Positions 11,371 to 26,300 of a DNA stretch of 64,000 nucleotides are shown in pieces (positions within the stretch are counted from its first letter, which is position 1; every line of letters starts with the position of its first letter). This stretch comes from Fimbriosthenelais zetlandica (Eukaryota): the NCBI GenBank assembly GCA_977030845.1, contig OZ365112.1, positions 12,586,001-12,650,000 on the forward strand, given 5' to 3'. The position numbers and the translations under genes were made by a program. The notes below the pieces were generated by a model. That model was not told the origin of the DNA. It saw only the letters and a list, made by a program, of their open reading frames with translations, and searched no databases.

Positions 11371-14300
11371 ATTCCTGTTTGAATGTGAAGTATTCTGTGA
11401 GATGCCTACATTCATGGTTCCCACGCAACATGAAAAATGTGTTGGGGTACAGACTTTTCAATGCCCATAGGTATAATACACACTGCAAGAAAGAAGAGAC
11501 ACATGGTTAGTATAAGTGAAGTAACAAACAAGTAAACAGGTTTTTCACATTGCAAAAAGTGATGCACATTAAATTTTAGAGCTGAAAATAAGAACACAAT
11601 ATTAAACGCTAAACAATCAATACTTGGGTGTCTGCAGTGAGTATTTGTTCAGTATTTACGAGTACAAAAAAAAATACGGAAAATCATGCTGTCAAATTGT
11701 GCTTGTCCGTGGGCAAACAGCAGAGTGGCGAGGCATCCTTTGAAACGTATGCACAGCAACTTCAATTTACGGACAACCGATCTAACAGAAAATGGTTGGG
11801 GAAAAAGCCTCAACCAGTGATTTGTCAAAGGCTGTATACCTTCTTTCATATCATCCTTTCCTTGTTACTATATCATCACCACTATACTTAGTCACCCATC
11901 ATACTGAACCATCCCCATCCTATTCCAGCACCCTTAAGGTGGGAGGTAAATGGTGCAGGCCATGTGCACAGACGCTTTGGTCCATTGTGTCCACCAATTA
12001 TCAGTTAGACAAGGTATTAGTGGCCTGTCATAGCGATCGATTGCTGCATTATGGCCTCCTTGAACAGGCATTGTAGAGATGTGAAAGCATGCAGGCATCG
12101 GTCAGCGGCTGAGCCTATCACACACACAATGATGTACGAGCTTCCATGGTAAAAGCAATTATACCCAAACACTGTGTTGCAATTGCAATTACTGAACAAT
12201 TTACAGGCTTTGGACAATGCAAATCCCCCTGAATCTACATAAAGAAGCCTGAATTTTAATAATCTCACTAAATATGACGATTTATTGCAAAAGCAATACA
12301 AGAGATTTTTATTGCTGTTATAGATGTACAAGAGGGACATCATCATCTATCAGCAAATTGTATGATGCAATTTCATCAATAATTCCGTTTCTACGATCCG
12401 CAAACTGGAGAGATGCGAGCAATGATGGCAGTAGATGCGTCCCTGTAGGCTTTGATCCCATGACATCATACAGGAAGAGTGTCCTCGTTTTCTCTTATTC
12501 TCACAACATATGGCAACTCCTATCAGGACCACCCATCGAGCTTCTCCATTCAATAAGTAAGAGCTTATGAGAATTGGTACCGGTCGCTAGCAGAAGGGTG
12601 CCTATTGATCGGGTTATTTGTCTTGGATCCGACCAGAGCATGCAGGCCAACAAATAGCATGCTCGTTCCCAACATGAATATATTCTCCATGATTCACAAG
12701 GAACATGCATGTATACCACCAATTAATAGTGTAATTAGGTCAGTTATCGATTATTAGGGTCAGCTGTAATGGGTTAAGAGATTCTGAGAGTATAGGAGTT
12801 GGATGAAAAATATATAAGCAATATCTCAAGTAGACTAATACCTTAATTGAATCTAATGTAAGATTAAATATAGTTGCTTCATAGAAGAAACTGTGTACAG
12901 TAACATGTCAACCAAAATATCAGACATGTTTTCTGGGAGGTAGTATATGAAAATTGACCTATGAGTCATTTTTGACAACACACTTTGGCAGAGGCCTCAA
13001 GACCCGGGTCACCCCACCTCCAAATTGAATTCATATTGACCCACCACCAATTCTTTGACAAACATTGAGTGATTGTCAGAGGTGGTTTCCCTAATGGAAA
13101 AAGGGAAAGCTTCAATGTTTTTCTTCAAAATTAATAAAGGAAACTTCACAAGTACATGAGGAAAACAGAGCTGGTGTTGACTCATAAAAACTGGCCTTTA
13201 GAAGCTTATTTGATTGCTAGGGATAACTGGGGATTGAGGAAGTGAAATGCTGCAGGATCAGTCTAAATTCAAAACATGACCTGGAAAGCTTCTGGGCCTT
13301 ATCACCGAGCCAGGACGTTTACCTTAGGGAAATGAAAGTTGCTCCACGAGAAAAAATAACTACTGTGCAATTCAAGAAAGCAGAAGCTATTTTCCTCAAT
13401 GCTGCACGTCAGTAGCAAAGCATAGTTTCCCACCCATTCAAGGCATTGTCGAGTCTAACTAAAGGCAATCAAAAGTTGTAGGAATAAAAAGTTTTTGAGC
13501 TCCAATGTATCAACTAATTCCATGCAGACAGTCACCCATGGGATACGCCTCAATGCATAGAATATGACCGGATCAATTCATCGTAAACTCATCAGGTTCT
13601 CAGCCATCAGCATGCTAGATACTGGTTCTTACAGTTGTTCCCTCGAGTGGATCAACTGCCAAAAGTGACTCGATGGTTCCTACAACTCTCAATGAATAGG
13701 CATATCTCCAATTCTGATCTTTCCTAGATCTTAGAATTTATGAATAGTTACCCTTTTGCACCAAAAAATTAACTCTGCCATATGAGAAATTTTACCTCCA
13801 AATGATTTCAAAAATCAGTAAAATCTTTCCAAGTGGCCATTCAAACCACCGAATATTAAGAAACTTATTCTGCCAAGAGAAACAAAACAGTTCTGCATTA
13901 AGACAAGATGAAATATGGCGTCAGCATTTTGTTTCAGCCAGTCTCGGCCAAGGTCTGAAAAAACCCTCAATTGATTCCCAATGTCTTCGTGCGACTCTCT
14001 ACTTTGCAGAGAACTAAGTAGGTCCCACAAATGTCAACTGACAAATTCCTTGTCTAATTTATCCTGTCTGGTCTTGCCTCAAGGAGCGGGCTCACCTGGT
14101 CATATAAGGCGTCTTCAGACTTGGTCTTGAACAACAGCCTCATAAATGAAGGAAAATTAGAGGCAGGGCCTTCAAATGCAGAACAAAGCCTAAATAACTG
14201 TCCAAAGTCACATATCTCCAGCCCTGAGCAATTCACTCTGCTCATTTTCCTCCCACTGACAGAAGTTAAAATATAGGCAAACAATGTTGACAGTGTAACA

Positions 14301-17300
14301 TACTAGACTGAGAGGGTGTCCCATTATACCAATCTGTCGCCTAGGAAGAGAGTTATTCAGCTAAGGGATCATGCTGGTCGTGTCTGGCCAGTGGGCGAGT
14401 GTGCCAAATAGACATAACCCGAGGCTGTAGAGGTTAGTAGGACACTTAGAGCAGCTCCTCTATGTCCTCAGGGCGAGGGACTCGTGTAGTGGAGATCCTC
14501 TTCACAATCAATACCTCAACTCGCATGCTAACCTGGATTTACAGAGACCAACTTCCACTGTCATAATTTAAACATCCATAACTTGCAATTCAATTTGACG
14601 GGAGCTCGTTTAATGATATAAGGACCAGGGATGAGTCATGTGAATTCTAGGTTAACTTCATCAAGTAGCAACTAGTGAATTCATCATGCGATGGTAATAT
14701 AAACCAGAGGTAGAGATAATGCACACAACAGGCCTATTATAGGCCACATGGCCAGGATTAAGATACAATCAAAAATCGCTGGCTTCATAGAACATGAGCT
14801 AGATAACTGATTCAATTAGTGAACGCAGCATTATATCATGGGCAGAATGAATGATACATGAACTATATCAACGGTTTTATATTAATTCGATTCACGATAC
14901 ATGATAGATTATGGTTATAAATTGGCTTTACGTGAACATTTATCATTGTCAACCGCATATCTCAATGAACCATTCGGTAGACCAGATTAAAACACTTATT
15001 GACCAGCACTTTTTATTGAATGTTTATTTTTTTTAAGCCCAACAGAGCAAGCAACATAAGAAAAATTCATGTACCCAAGGGATATACTAGGTATATAATA
15101 CTCAGAGACAAGAGAGCCTGGGACCTGACCACTGAAATACAGCTGCGGCTCCACTTGTACATTTACATGGCCTGAGACTAAGGTCATTATATATAATGTT
15201 AGCCTCCTCTGTCCCCAGATGACTCTACAGCATATCATAACCTGGGAGAATATGTGAGGACAACATATGGTTTACCCATATGACAATGTCACATGCAAAA
15301 TATGGGCTTTGAGATATGACATATCCCATTTGAATTGTGTGACAAATTTTTTCTGACCAGTCTATTATTCATCCAGTATGTCCTAGGTATGATGCAACCA
15401 GTTATTTTTTCCTTGATGTCATTTCAGATTTCTCACATCTTGGTGAATATCAAGTCACCAAGCAGGTTCCACTCGATATAGCATTCTCAAACCATCGGGC
15501 GAAGAAGTTTGAGTTTGGAAAGTTGGCGAATGCAATGGCAAGTACATGTACTTCCAGCCATTCCAGGAAAAAAGCAGTTAGCTGTGAGGGAAAATGCAAT
15601 ATTCCGTGGCTGACAATGAGAGTGGGTGTGTGTGGTATCTATGGGCCCCGCAATGCACACAAACATTGATATGCCACACAATAGAGCCGACTATACATCA
15701 TCCTTTGTTGTTGAGAGTACAATAGTGGAGGGCACTTGTATCGGCCAAGCATCATCACTCACATTCTACACTGTTTTATTCACATCTAGTTCCCCTGCTC
15801 GGGGAAAATTTCTTCCAGCAATTCATCTTCATTCATTCAGACGAGAGCATAATAATCGACAGGGTATGCACGGTGGAGGCGCAATACCGAATTCCATATT
15901 ATGGAGAATGTTCTTATAGTGGGATTCACACTTTCTGATTCACCATGAAGATAATCATTTCACAGAAATGTCTTTTTATTTGTGCTTTCCTTTGAATCTC
16001 TATTATGAGTCTATATATAGTCAATGCCTTCTAGTGGGATGAGATACAAGGTCTAAAGTTCAAGGATTGTGAGGTTAGACTTGCAGTGCATGATAGGATA
16101 TTTTATATCATCATGGCTGTACTGGCATTGACTTCAATGATATGACAATAAGAGGGACCATTAACCACTAGAGTTAACCTTGGCAATCGATGTCAGTCTC
16201 TGACCTCTTTGATGTACATGAACTCAGGACGAACCACTCAGATACCACTACCAAGACCAGGTCCCTGGATGGATGAATAAAACAGAGACACAGAGTGTGA
16301 AAAAAGTATATATATAGAACCGGTTACTTAGGTATCAAGTAGAGTCAAGCCTGGGTGTCAAAGTTGCTACTGTCACAGAGTTTTATATAGAAACATGTGG
16401 CCTGAAGAATCATTCAATGATGCTGACATAGACAGTCTTAACAGAGTATCTGCTCAGCTCTAACCTTGGTCAGTGCAAATAAACAATAATCAACATACAA
16501 TCCCTCTCCATGTCTGAAGCACCATTTAGCAAGAACTTGATGGGAGAAAATGACAAGAGAATGAAGATTAAGGTATATTTAAAGGGACATTGAGAGGCTT
16601 AGTTTAATTTGTAATTTAAACACCGTAATCATCATGAGAAATACTCATTAAAGTCAACTGTCAGACATTATTATCTGGCACAACTCTCAGGTAGCAGATG
16701 ATATTTGCGGGTGTCAGTCCCAGACACACTGCCTACTTTCCCTATACTACTCCCATCCTCCAGCAAGAGAGGAGGCTGAATAATGAAAGGTTAAGACTGG
16801 CCAGGTCTGGCCGCAAACTGGCTCCGTGTAAAAGGGCAGGAGAATGTATCCTTAGTGAAAAGAAAGTGCCATGTATTTTCCTAGCGCCGGAGCCACAAAA
16901 CGCAAGTCACAAAGGATTTAGGAGTGGCAATTACTTGTCGCTGCCAGTGGCGTACAATAATTTCTCAACATACCACCAAAAGGACTCTAAAGCAGAATGT
17001 ATTGGAAGATTGAATCCCTATTAAAGACCCGTGATTTATAACCATGCTAATAGATGACAAAGGGCTATAGACGGTAAGAATAATATTTTTGCATTAGTCT
17101 AAGTGCTCTTGATAATTGCTGACTAACAATAGATCAAGTCTCATACAGTCCATCAATAACCGCCGATAGTTAGTGTTAGAACCGCCAATAGTTCGCTGCC
17201 AGCCAATTTAATACCAATTGCAATCAATGAGTGACATTTCCTCCGACCGGAATATTCTTTCAACAAAAAACCCAATTTTTTCATTTCTAGGAATGGAAGC

Positions 17301-20300
17301 TGTTTCTAATTAAAACAGAACTTAGCAGAGGTCATTAAACACACCTAGCTGCAGGTGAAAATGTGAATGTGAAAATAATTTCCTCTCGATCAAGGACAGT
17401 GTCTTTGACAGAGGTCATTAAAAACAGTGGTGGTAGTGTTGGAACTTGGTTATGTTGACATGGGGCTTGGCCATCATTAGCATAGACGGTAGAAAAAGCA
17501 GGGCTTAATGAAGAGAATGCTCCTAGCTCCTCACTGCCTCTCTCAGAGGCCCTGGAAACGCAAGGAACTTCTCTGAGCAGCCATCAATCAAGAGCTCTTC
17601 CCTTATAAGATGGCTCGAGACGAAGGAGCAACTCTCACAACTGACTTCCTTTACATTAAAACACCAAACAAATACATTTTCTATTAAACAATCAGTTTTT
17701 ACAATTTATCTGAATAAACGCCCTTGAGAACATTTAAAACATTGCTAAAAGAATGCAGTCAGTAGTAGCAGTCAGATTAGGATTCTTGTATAGGGAATGA
17801 TTAACGAGTGGAATCCTCATTATTAGCTCGATTATCAGGTCCCAGATGGAAAATGTGAATAGAAATACCAGGTTTGGGTTTTTTATTCACATTATTCCCT
17901 ATTAGTTACAGCTCATTCACAAGGCCCAATGTAATCACTATCTGATAATTAAATTATATTATAAAGAAATGTGACATTTTTTTTTCATTGGAGATGTGGA
18001 CTATAGTCATTATAGTGCTAAAAGGCCAGAGACAGGGTGTGAATTATGACAAGCCTGGATGTTACAATACCTAGTAACTTGTGTAAAAATAGACAGCATC
18101 TCGCTCCATAGGCTTCACCTGATAGCTTATGGTGTGGACAGCCAATTGAGTCTGGCAGATCTGACATCCACATGTCTAAACCCATAACATAGAGAGGTGC
18201 TCAATGTACATCGACAGAAAAACACCAGATACCTGACCTAGTTAGGCAATACCTTGTCAAATCAGTGCACCGAGGTCGTCACTAATCAGGGTTGAGGGAA
18301 TTTGTGTCAAGTTTTTTTTTCACAACCCTTTTAAGACTACTGGTATACAGGAACACATTTTCCTTTAAAAAATATTAATTTCACCATTTTGAGGCCCTGG
18401 AGGGAAAATGAGACAGACAAATTAGCCCAATATCTCAATTACTTTGCCAGAGATCAAACGTATTTGCCTTAATTGTTCACGATGGTGAAGAAGCAAGACT
18501 TGTTATCTGATGCATAATTCAGTTATCTCGTTTCACCGAAAACTAATCCATCATCTTGGTTGAAGAGATTTATTCATTAGGAGAAGTTGGCGGAATACAT
18601 TATTTCTCAGCATATAAAGCATGTTTTCTTCTGAGAAGTCATTTAATTTTGAATTAAATTGTATAATTAAACAATTTACTAATATCAAGAATCGTGACTT
18701 CAGGCCATTGAGCATAATGTTCATGAGACAAAATGCAGACAATATTGCCATGTATAACGTCTTAAGCTCTAAGAGCAGTGTTGAGTGGAAAGCTTTAGGA
18801 TGAATGTAGACTGTCCATCCGTCCTTCCCTCCCATAGAGAGAGAATAGGGAATACTACGTGGGTGGATGGGTGAGAGTGCATGTGTCAGGGAAGGGAAGC
18901 ACAACACAGAGTGTGTCCTATGCCGCTGGCATAATTTATGCTGCCTGCTTCAGCCACGGCCCCTCTCAACACTACTGACGTGCCTTATGTTAAAAGTACA
19001 CCTTAAGGCTAGCCCCTGATACTATAACATTGAGCAATACAAACTGCTACTGCTCCTCATGTGCCGACACATAGAGGTACATCATTTGCTTGTTTGAATG
19101 CATGCATATAAAGCACAGTGGTATGATAATCTATGGGAATTAAGATGGATGTACACTGGTTTTCAGCATGGCAGGGCTAAAGCCTCTAGAGCGTGGCACT
19201 TTGTGACAGGGGAGCTAGCAGCTGTCCCCCTCACTTTATCCCTCGGTCAATATTGGCGGCAATGACCAGCTAGCATTGATCCGTCTTACAGCATTATGGA
19301 GCTAATATGACCAACCAGAGTAAGGCCGGTCTGGGCAAGAACACCATCATATGGGGCATCAGATCTATGTCTTTAAAGTACAGTATAGTCAGTATATATG
19401 ACGCATACAAATCACTAAGACACACTCTATGTAGCTGGAGTATAGAGTAGGGAAGGCAATGTCTCCACAGATCGTGGGAGCAAGCAATGGCTGTTGGAGC
19501 GAGCAGAAGCAGCGGAGACTTGAGCAGGAGCAGAAGCAGTATCAGCAGAGGCAGGAACAGCAGCAGCTTCAATGGCAAAGGCAGTAGCAGTGTCCGCTCT
19601 CCCCTTCTACCCAATAGCTAGTGCTTGTGGTTTAGGACACAATGATAATGTCAGCGACACAGCTACCTTCATCAGCCACCTTCTATATCATCGCCTTCAT
19701 TATGAGTATAGCCCAGCCATGGCTAGTTACAGCCCCTAGCATTGCCATCTTGGATTAGAAGGCCTACCTTTTCATATAGACTTCAATACTGAGGCATTGA
19801 GGTCTTACTTGCAGAAGGGACAGATCTTTGCTCCCAAACTGCAATCAATGCAAGTCCTGAACAGATTAAATTTATTATACAATGGTACGAACTTGCCCGG
19901 CACTGCATCCAATAAATCTGGTTGATTTTTATCCAATTGTTTAAATATGCAAAGGTCTTTCAGCCGAACGATTAAATTTAATGGAACAAAAACTACAAAT
20001 GTGCATTAAGTTGGGATAAACCTATTGGATGACTTTTGATTTGTTCACATTAAAAATGACCCCCTACACTCACAGGACCCCATTTGGCATAAAAAGAGGG
20101 AACTGTTCAGCGGCTTTTATCTAATCTTCCTCATCTCCTTCTTAGACCAATTAGCTAAGCGGATTATTAAGTGCTGCTGCGTAGGAGGCCAGGATAATAT
20201 TGATAATTATGTTGGTATTATCATCATCGTTTCCTCAATGACGAGTCTCTAGGATATGAATTGGCAGCACATTGAAATGTGCGGGGATATTGATAATCGT

Positions 20301-23300
20301 TCGCGGGGGAGGGGGGTTCTAGCTTCGGTCCGATATGGGAAGCTGGAAGGATTGCCTTAGAAGCTTTCGTGTTCAATGAAGTCCATGATTGATTACCAAA
20401 TAGATGGCAGGCTTTTACATTGCTTCCCCTTTGAATGAATTCCATTGAATCTTCCGATCACTGCCCAGCCGCAATCTTGACAGAAACCAGAACATGGATG
20501 TTTCTGCGCGGCCTGTGTGGGAGGGTCTACTCATACATGCCTTCTCTTTCTCAGCCACCATCAATCAATCCTTCATTCACCCATCCATGTCTTTTTCTGC
20601 TTAAGTCATGACCCCTGACTGCCCTGTTTCATGAGCTCAACCCAGACGATGTCTTCTTTCTGCCAAACTTCATTTTCTCTTGTAATCCTTTAACATCTCC
20701 CGATATCACCCAGTGGCTTACCTTCAATTCTTTTATTCCATATTCACCGTTTCTTTCTTTTCTTTAAGACCTTGTCTTCTCTTCCCCCCACCGTCTCCCT
20801 TTCTCACCCCACCAACCCCCACCCTCCAGCAGTCTCCCATTCAATCAGGAACTGCATATATAGGCCTCCAGGTGATCGGAACGCCTGGATGCAGCCTGCA
20901 TTGATTTTGTTCAAGTCGCCTGCTGTGCTCCACGGCACACGGCTACCAATAGGCTAAGTATTGATCACTTCCGACCCGGCCTCAAAATACTATCCAAGAC
21001 CATTGGGGCATAGGATGCACTGAGGCGGCACCAGGCCGACTCGCTATCCACCCAAACACACGACTGCAATTCTTTCCTCTAACTTTCCCATCAAGAGTAG
21101 AAGCTATATGCTCAATTCAGCACTGCATACCGGAGTCACATGTATATTATATGACGTGACAATTATCTCATGTAAGTGGCACCCTCACCTACCCCTTTTT
21201 TGGTATGGATGTAATAGTTTCCATGACGATTGGCATACCCCATCAACTCATAAAATATTTACAGGGGAAGCTATAGAATCTAGACCATGGACTGTGTTGG
21301 AATCAGCAATGACTGAATGGCATGCCTGCAGGCGTCCCAAGAATTCATGCGACCAATGCTTACTGTGTGGTATTGCGCAATGTTAGAAGTCTTCATTCTA
21401 TACAGCAAGCACTTCATACCAGACTTTGTATAGCGGTATATAGGGGAGTGCAGGTACTAACCTGCTCTCACCCACAAGGTGACAAGAATGAAACAATGCT
21501 GGTATTAAGTAATACACAGGTGGAATTAAGGTGAGCTAGGTGTAACCTGCCAGAGCCCACGCACATTACACATCCATACCTGAAGATAACGGAGTCTCTG
21601 AACATGTTGGTTGGCAATATTGATTATGTGAGCAGTTCGATTGTGCCCTGTCCAAAAAGCAGAAAAACACGCCAGCCTCTTTCAAAACTCTGAAAACTTT
21701 TCAATCAAGAACATGTGTTCTTACTTTTCATTTTTCATTCAGACCAACGAGTCTTCATTCTATACTCGTTGGTCAGACCTAAAACAGACAAGATACTGGA
21801 TCATGATCTGCTGACCTATTTTGCCTTCCTGCAAACAACATAAAAATCTAATGGTGCTATAAAATCCTAACTCCATTTGTTTAGGAAACTCATTTTTGCA
21901 GCAGGTCACCCGACTGATGAGGAGGAAAATGCCATCTGACATGTCATTATGATGTGATAGCAGGGCATTTTCATTCACCTGTCAAACAATGAAATTGCCT
22001 TCAATTCCAAGCATGAAGTAGACTTGTTTTATTAAACTTGCCTACATAATCATCGGAACCCACAGGGTGAGTGGGGGTTTTACCAAGCTATCATGACTCT
22101 GAACGGGTCATAAATTTCCATTTATGATACAAATAATGAGCAGGATGTCAGGATGGAATAACCAAGCCACACCCGGTTGATGAATGACCTTTGTGGAAGT
22201 ATCAGTCTCTCATTTCTAAGCCAGAGAATCGAGGGTCTAACAACACTAATTAAGGTCGTTTGTTAGCCTTGTGACAGGTCTATGTGTGTAGTTACTTCAA
22301 GTCCGATGATGACTTTAACCTGATCCAGAAATTCAACCTTTCCCAGATTACTGCCTCCTCCTAGTTTTGAGCGATGTGATTAATTTATCACTGAATCATG
22401 CAGTGATATCTTTATATTTCCACAACTCAAAATTGGCAGATTCGTGCCATGGTTATTGGTCTTTCTCCTAACAAATAAGAGGCACAGCAAGATACTTTGG
22501 AGGTTTATAACAGCTCCAAAGCATATCTCAAACAGTGCGGAACTCATTCATTGTGTCCAGAAAAGATAGACATTAGGCGTTGGCCATAATATGGTAGAGG
22601 TGCTATTTTTATTATTTACACATCTTATTATTTGACGCTTTATTCTACCCTTACCACATTCACCAACTGCGGCACATTATGTTAATCTATAAAACATGCT
22701 AAGCCTATTTACATGCCATGATAAAATATGCAGCCATCTTTCCCTAGCACTCAACCTCTCGCATTAAGGTGCAGACATGCGACTGGATGAGGAGGCCCTT
22801 GTGGTGAGGCAGTGCTTTAGTGTTGGGCCGTGCATGCAGTGTATAGATCATGATAAGATCTATACTATAACCGGGCATGCTGTGTAGATGCTATAACCTC
22901 CATAAGTTATATGACCAGGCAGCAGCGATCAGTACCCTATTGTGCCAGTTGACTAAGTGCTAACCATGATATATTTTTGCACTGGATGACTTCAGCTCGA
23001 TCATCTAGTAATCCACTGCATCCAGTTTTTCACTTCAATTCATCATACTATCAAAAAGAGTTTCAGCCAGCTCATCTCAAATTTACTCTCTGATTTAATA
23101 TTTATTACCCGAGTTCTGACGCACAAAGGCAGATTAGGAAATATGTAGCGTGCTGATCTGAGGCTTTATCTTGGTGAGAGCAGACCTACATTTTATAAAT
23201 AACATAAAATTTTATAATCCAGTATGAATATAACATGGAGTGATACATTGTGTATCATCAATGCAGCTATCTCAGCCACTCCTTCAAGTTCACACTACAG

Positions 23301-26300
23301 CGCGGCCTCAGACAAGCTTACACCACCTGCCCAACTCTCTCTTTGCATTATGCATCATATAAAAAGCCAGTGAACAGGCATTTGCATGGATCCACAGGTA
23401 ACAAAACAATTGGGCGTGTTGCCAAGGTACTCTGATAGAAACGGTTGAAAGGCACACACAAGCCTTCCTACAAAATTAATAATAAACACTGGTGGTGAGC
23501 TGGGGGAAGGCAGGTGACTAGATCTTGAATATAATCTTGCTTGCAATAAGGGGAGATAGCCTATATAAAAAAATATTCATTTCTTAACCCACGTCCAAAT
23601 CAACCTTCATAAAATGAAGGACTCAATAGGTCAAAATGTTTCAGTACACGAAAGGCCAGTCACCTGAGCAGAGCAATATTAAAGAACAAACAGATATGAG
23701 AATCAGACAGACCCAAGTCTCCATTCTCTAGGCTTACCAAACATTCTCCCAATATTCACGCAATGAAATTAAAGCATAAAGGAAAGAATGGTCGTAACCA
23801 GGTGAATGTAGGCCATTGTGCTCGCTCCTTCTCCAATATGATGAACTCACAACTGCTGGCCATACATGACAATACATGCAGCGCATGCATGCAGACCATC
23901 CATCACTGCATCTTTGCAAATGGGATGAGCAGAGGGAAACTTCATACATGTTTTTCATTTGCTGGATTGATTAAATCAGTGTCTAGACAGTCGTGGGGCA
24001 AAATGGCTTCTGCAGTGTGGCGGGGAGGAGAAGGCGGAGTGAAATTTGGACGTGGGCCGGTGTGATTGGGGACTGTCCCATAGCACCTCGCCGATCAATA
24101 GCCGGTTTACCAGCATGGCGCAGGGCAGGGCGCTGAGGTACAACTTGGCATGTCCAACCACTCCGCTGCGCTGCGGCTCCCTATTTACCAGACACCACCA
24201 GAGATTGGGGTAGGCGTGAGGCAGCATAAAATAGCAAGAATAGACCTGGCAACCTTTGCTGCAGGCTCCATCTTCACGAGGGGCCTTTGCCCAATAAGAT
24301 TTCCTCTTTCCAATAAAACTCGTCCGTCACATGCCTTTTTTCTCCCTCTCCAAGGATCGCTTTCTCAGAAGACTTAATTGGATATTTCCACGATTATCCA
24401 GCAAGATGTTTGAGTATAAGTAAATATTTAGCTGAAACAGCTATAGGATTGATATCAGATAATTATATATCCCTGAGGATATTGTTGGGCTGCACTTACT
24501 TTTGACTCTGCGTCTTCCTGATAGTTTCTCCTAGTCATCTCATTATTTTTTTTAATCGTGACCGTCAAGTGGTGTAGTGTGTGGATGGATAGTGAATACA
24601 GGCCGTCTCTGGGGCACAGGGCGAGCTCAGAGGTCCTATAAATCTGCCCCACTAGCCCAGGTACACACAAGATATCCCACCAGCACGCTAAACTCTCTCT
24701 AAAATACAAGTCAGGGGCCGGCTTTTTATCTCAATAACCGACTGAAAGAAGAGAGTGGTTTCAACCTATGATGGCTTAATGGGGGCAATGCAGCATTTTC
24801 CAAGAGCAATTCAATGTTCCTTGGAGCGAAAAACAACCCCTCCATCTAGATACTACAATGGTTCATATTTCTTCAGTACTATTATATGATCAGAAACCGA
24901 AAAAGTACGACTAGAGGAGTCACTTTCATAAAAGAAAAGTGTTTGAACCATTCGTACAGCATTACATAAACATACTAGGCATCATCTCTCTTTTTTAACA
25001 GAGATCCAAGTGCTTTCACCTCAAGGGAAATCTAAACCAAAATGGCAAAACACAAGAGAGGCGACATCCAGCTGTGATCTACAAGAAATGATTCATTCTG
25101 TGATTTCTGTAGGAAATATGACAGTCTGATCTCTGGTCATTTTGGTTCCCCAGCAGAGAGAAGCTCATAAGAAAAATGACTATATTCACTAAAAAATGTC
25201 TGACTATACTGTCACTAAAAAATGTTTGACTATACTGTCACTACAGGCCGCAGAAGCAAAATACATCCACGTATTGACGAAAGCGAAAGGTAAGCATGAA
25301 CTCATGTATATAGACAGATGTGGGTGAGATCCGGAACGATATAGATTAATAACAGCGAAGGTAAAAACCATACAGAGCTTCCATATTAAAGAAACAGCTC
25401 AATAATACCACCACACGTAAAACCAGACACGTGCCCGGTAGAATGGCGCCAGATTCCCTCAACAAAAGAGGAATGCAAGGAAACAACATTTCAATATTGA
25501 ACATTCAACCAAATAAAGCTCGAGTTCATCAAGCAACAGCTTGAGAGGTATTTAAACCCAAGGCCCGAAGGAGCGACTTAAATCGTTACATACTGTTCCT
25601 TAAGAAATCAAAGCTGCATGAAAAAGGTTGAATATACTGGTCCTTGATAAATAATGTTGGCGGAGTATGTGAGCAGCTCAGCCTGGTATAGGGCCTTCTG
25701 GCGAGCTGCTCATTTCCTGGCCTCTACGTTGCTATGGTTATGGGAGGCAGTTTGATGAACCATGCTTCAATTTCACAACAACAATAGCCGCGACTATCCA
25801 TCTTTATCCCTGCTCATCGTGAGAGGAGAGGGATAAACACAGCTCACGTGGAAAGAGCCACGCAAGATTTAGAGCAACAATCTCACGACTGATGGAAGAA
25901 AAACACTAAGCCTTCATAAATGAATACCCCGAGACTATCGATAATCGAGATACACGGGAGTGAAGGTATAAAACATTTAATTACAAGTTATGAAATGATC
26001 AACTACAAGGAGAGCTGAAAAATAAATACAGCTCTGGAGCTCTAACATGGGATTAGAAAATGACAGGTGCGCTTTTTAGCCAGGTTATTGAATGCCATAT
26101 TAAGATTGCCGTTATGAAATGCATTTAAATTTAGATCTGAAATAAGAGCTGAAAGAGATGTCATGACATAAAGATCTGTGAATGGTTTCACTTCTCTTAC
26201 ATAAAGGAAACTTTAGAAAACAAATTCAAAAGCGCTTACATAAATGTCAAATTCCTTTTTTTAATATAGCGTAAATTTTAAAAAACTGAATAGTAAGATT

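Noticed and set aside
19810-19990. RING-like CIDC...CPFC on the minus strand
   Set aside because: It needs a frameshift, lacks the central C-x-H ligands, and overlaps a better + strand DIRS-like RT reading.
1-25000. Large endogenous DNA virus (herpes-like or Polinton) on the minus strand
   Set aside because: Several minus frames looked protein-like, but stop density in the tract I counted (~5%) matched random expectation. I found no terminase, PolB, capsid or helicase motif. The recognisable motifs are retroelement-type and on +.
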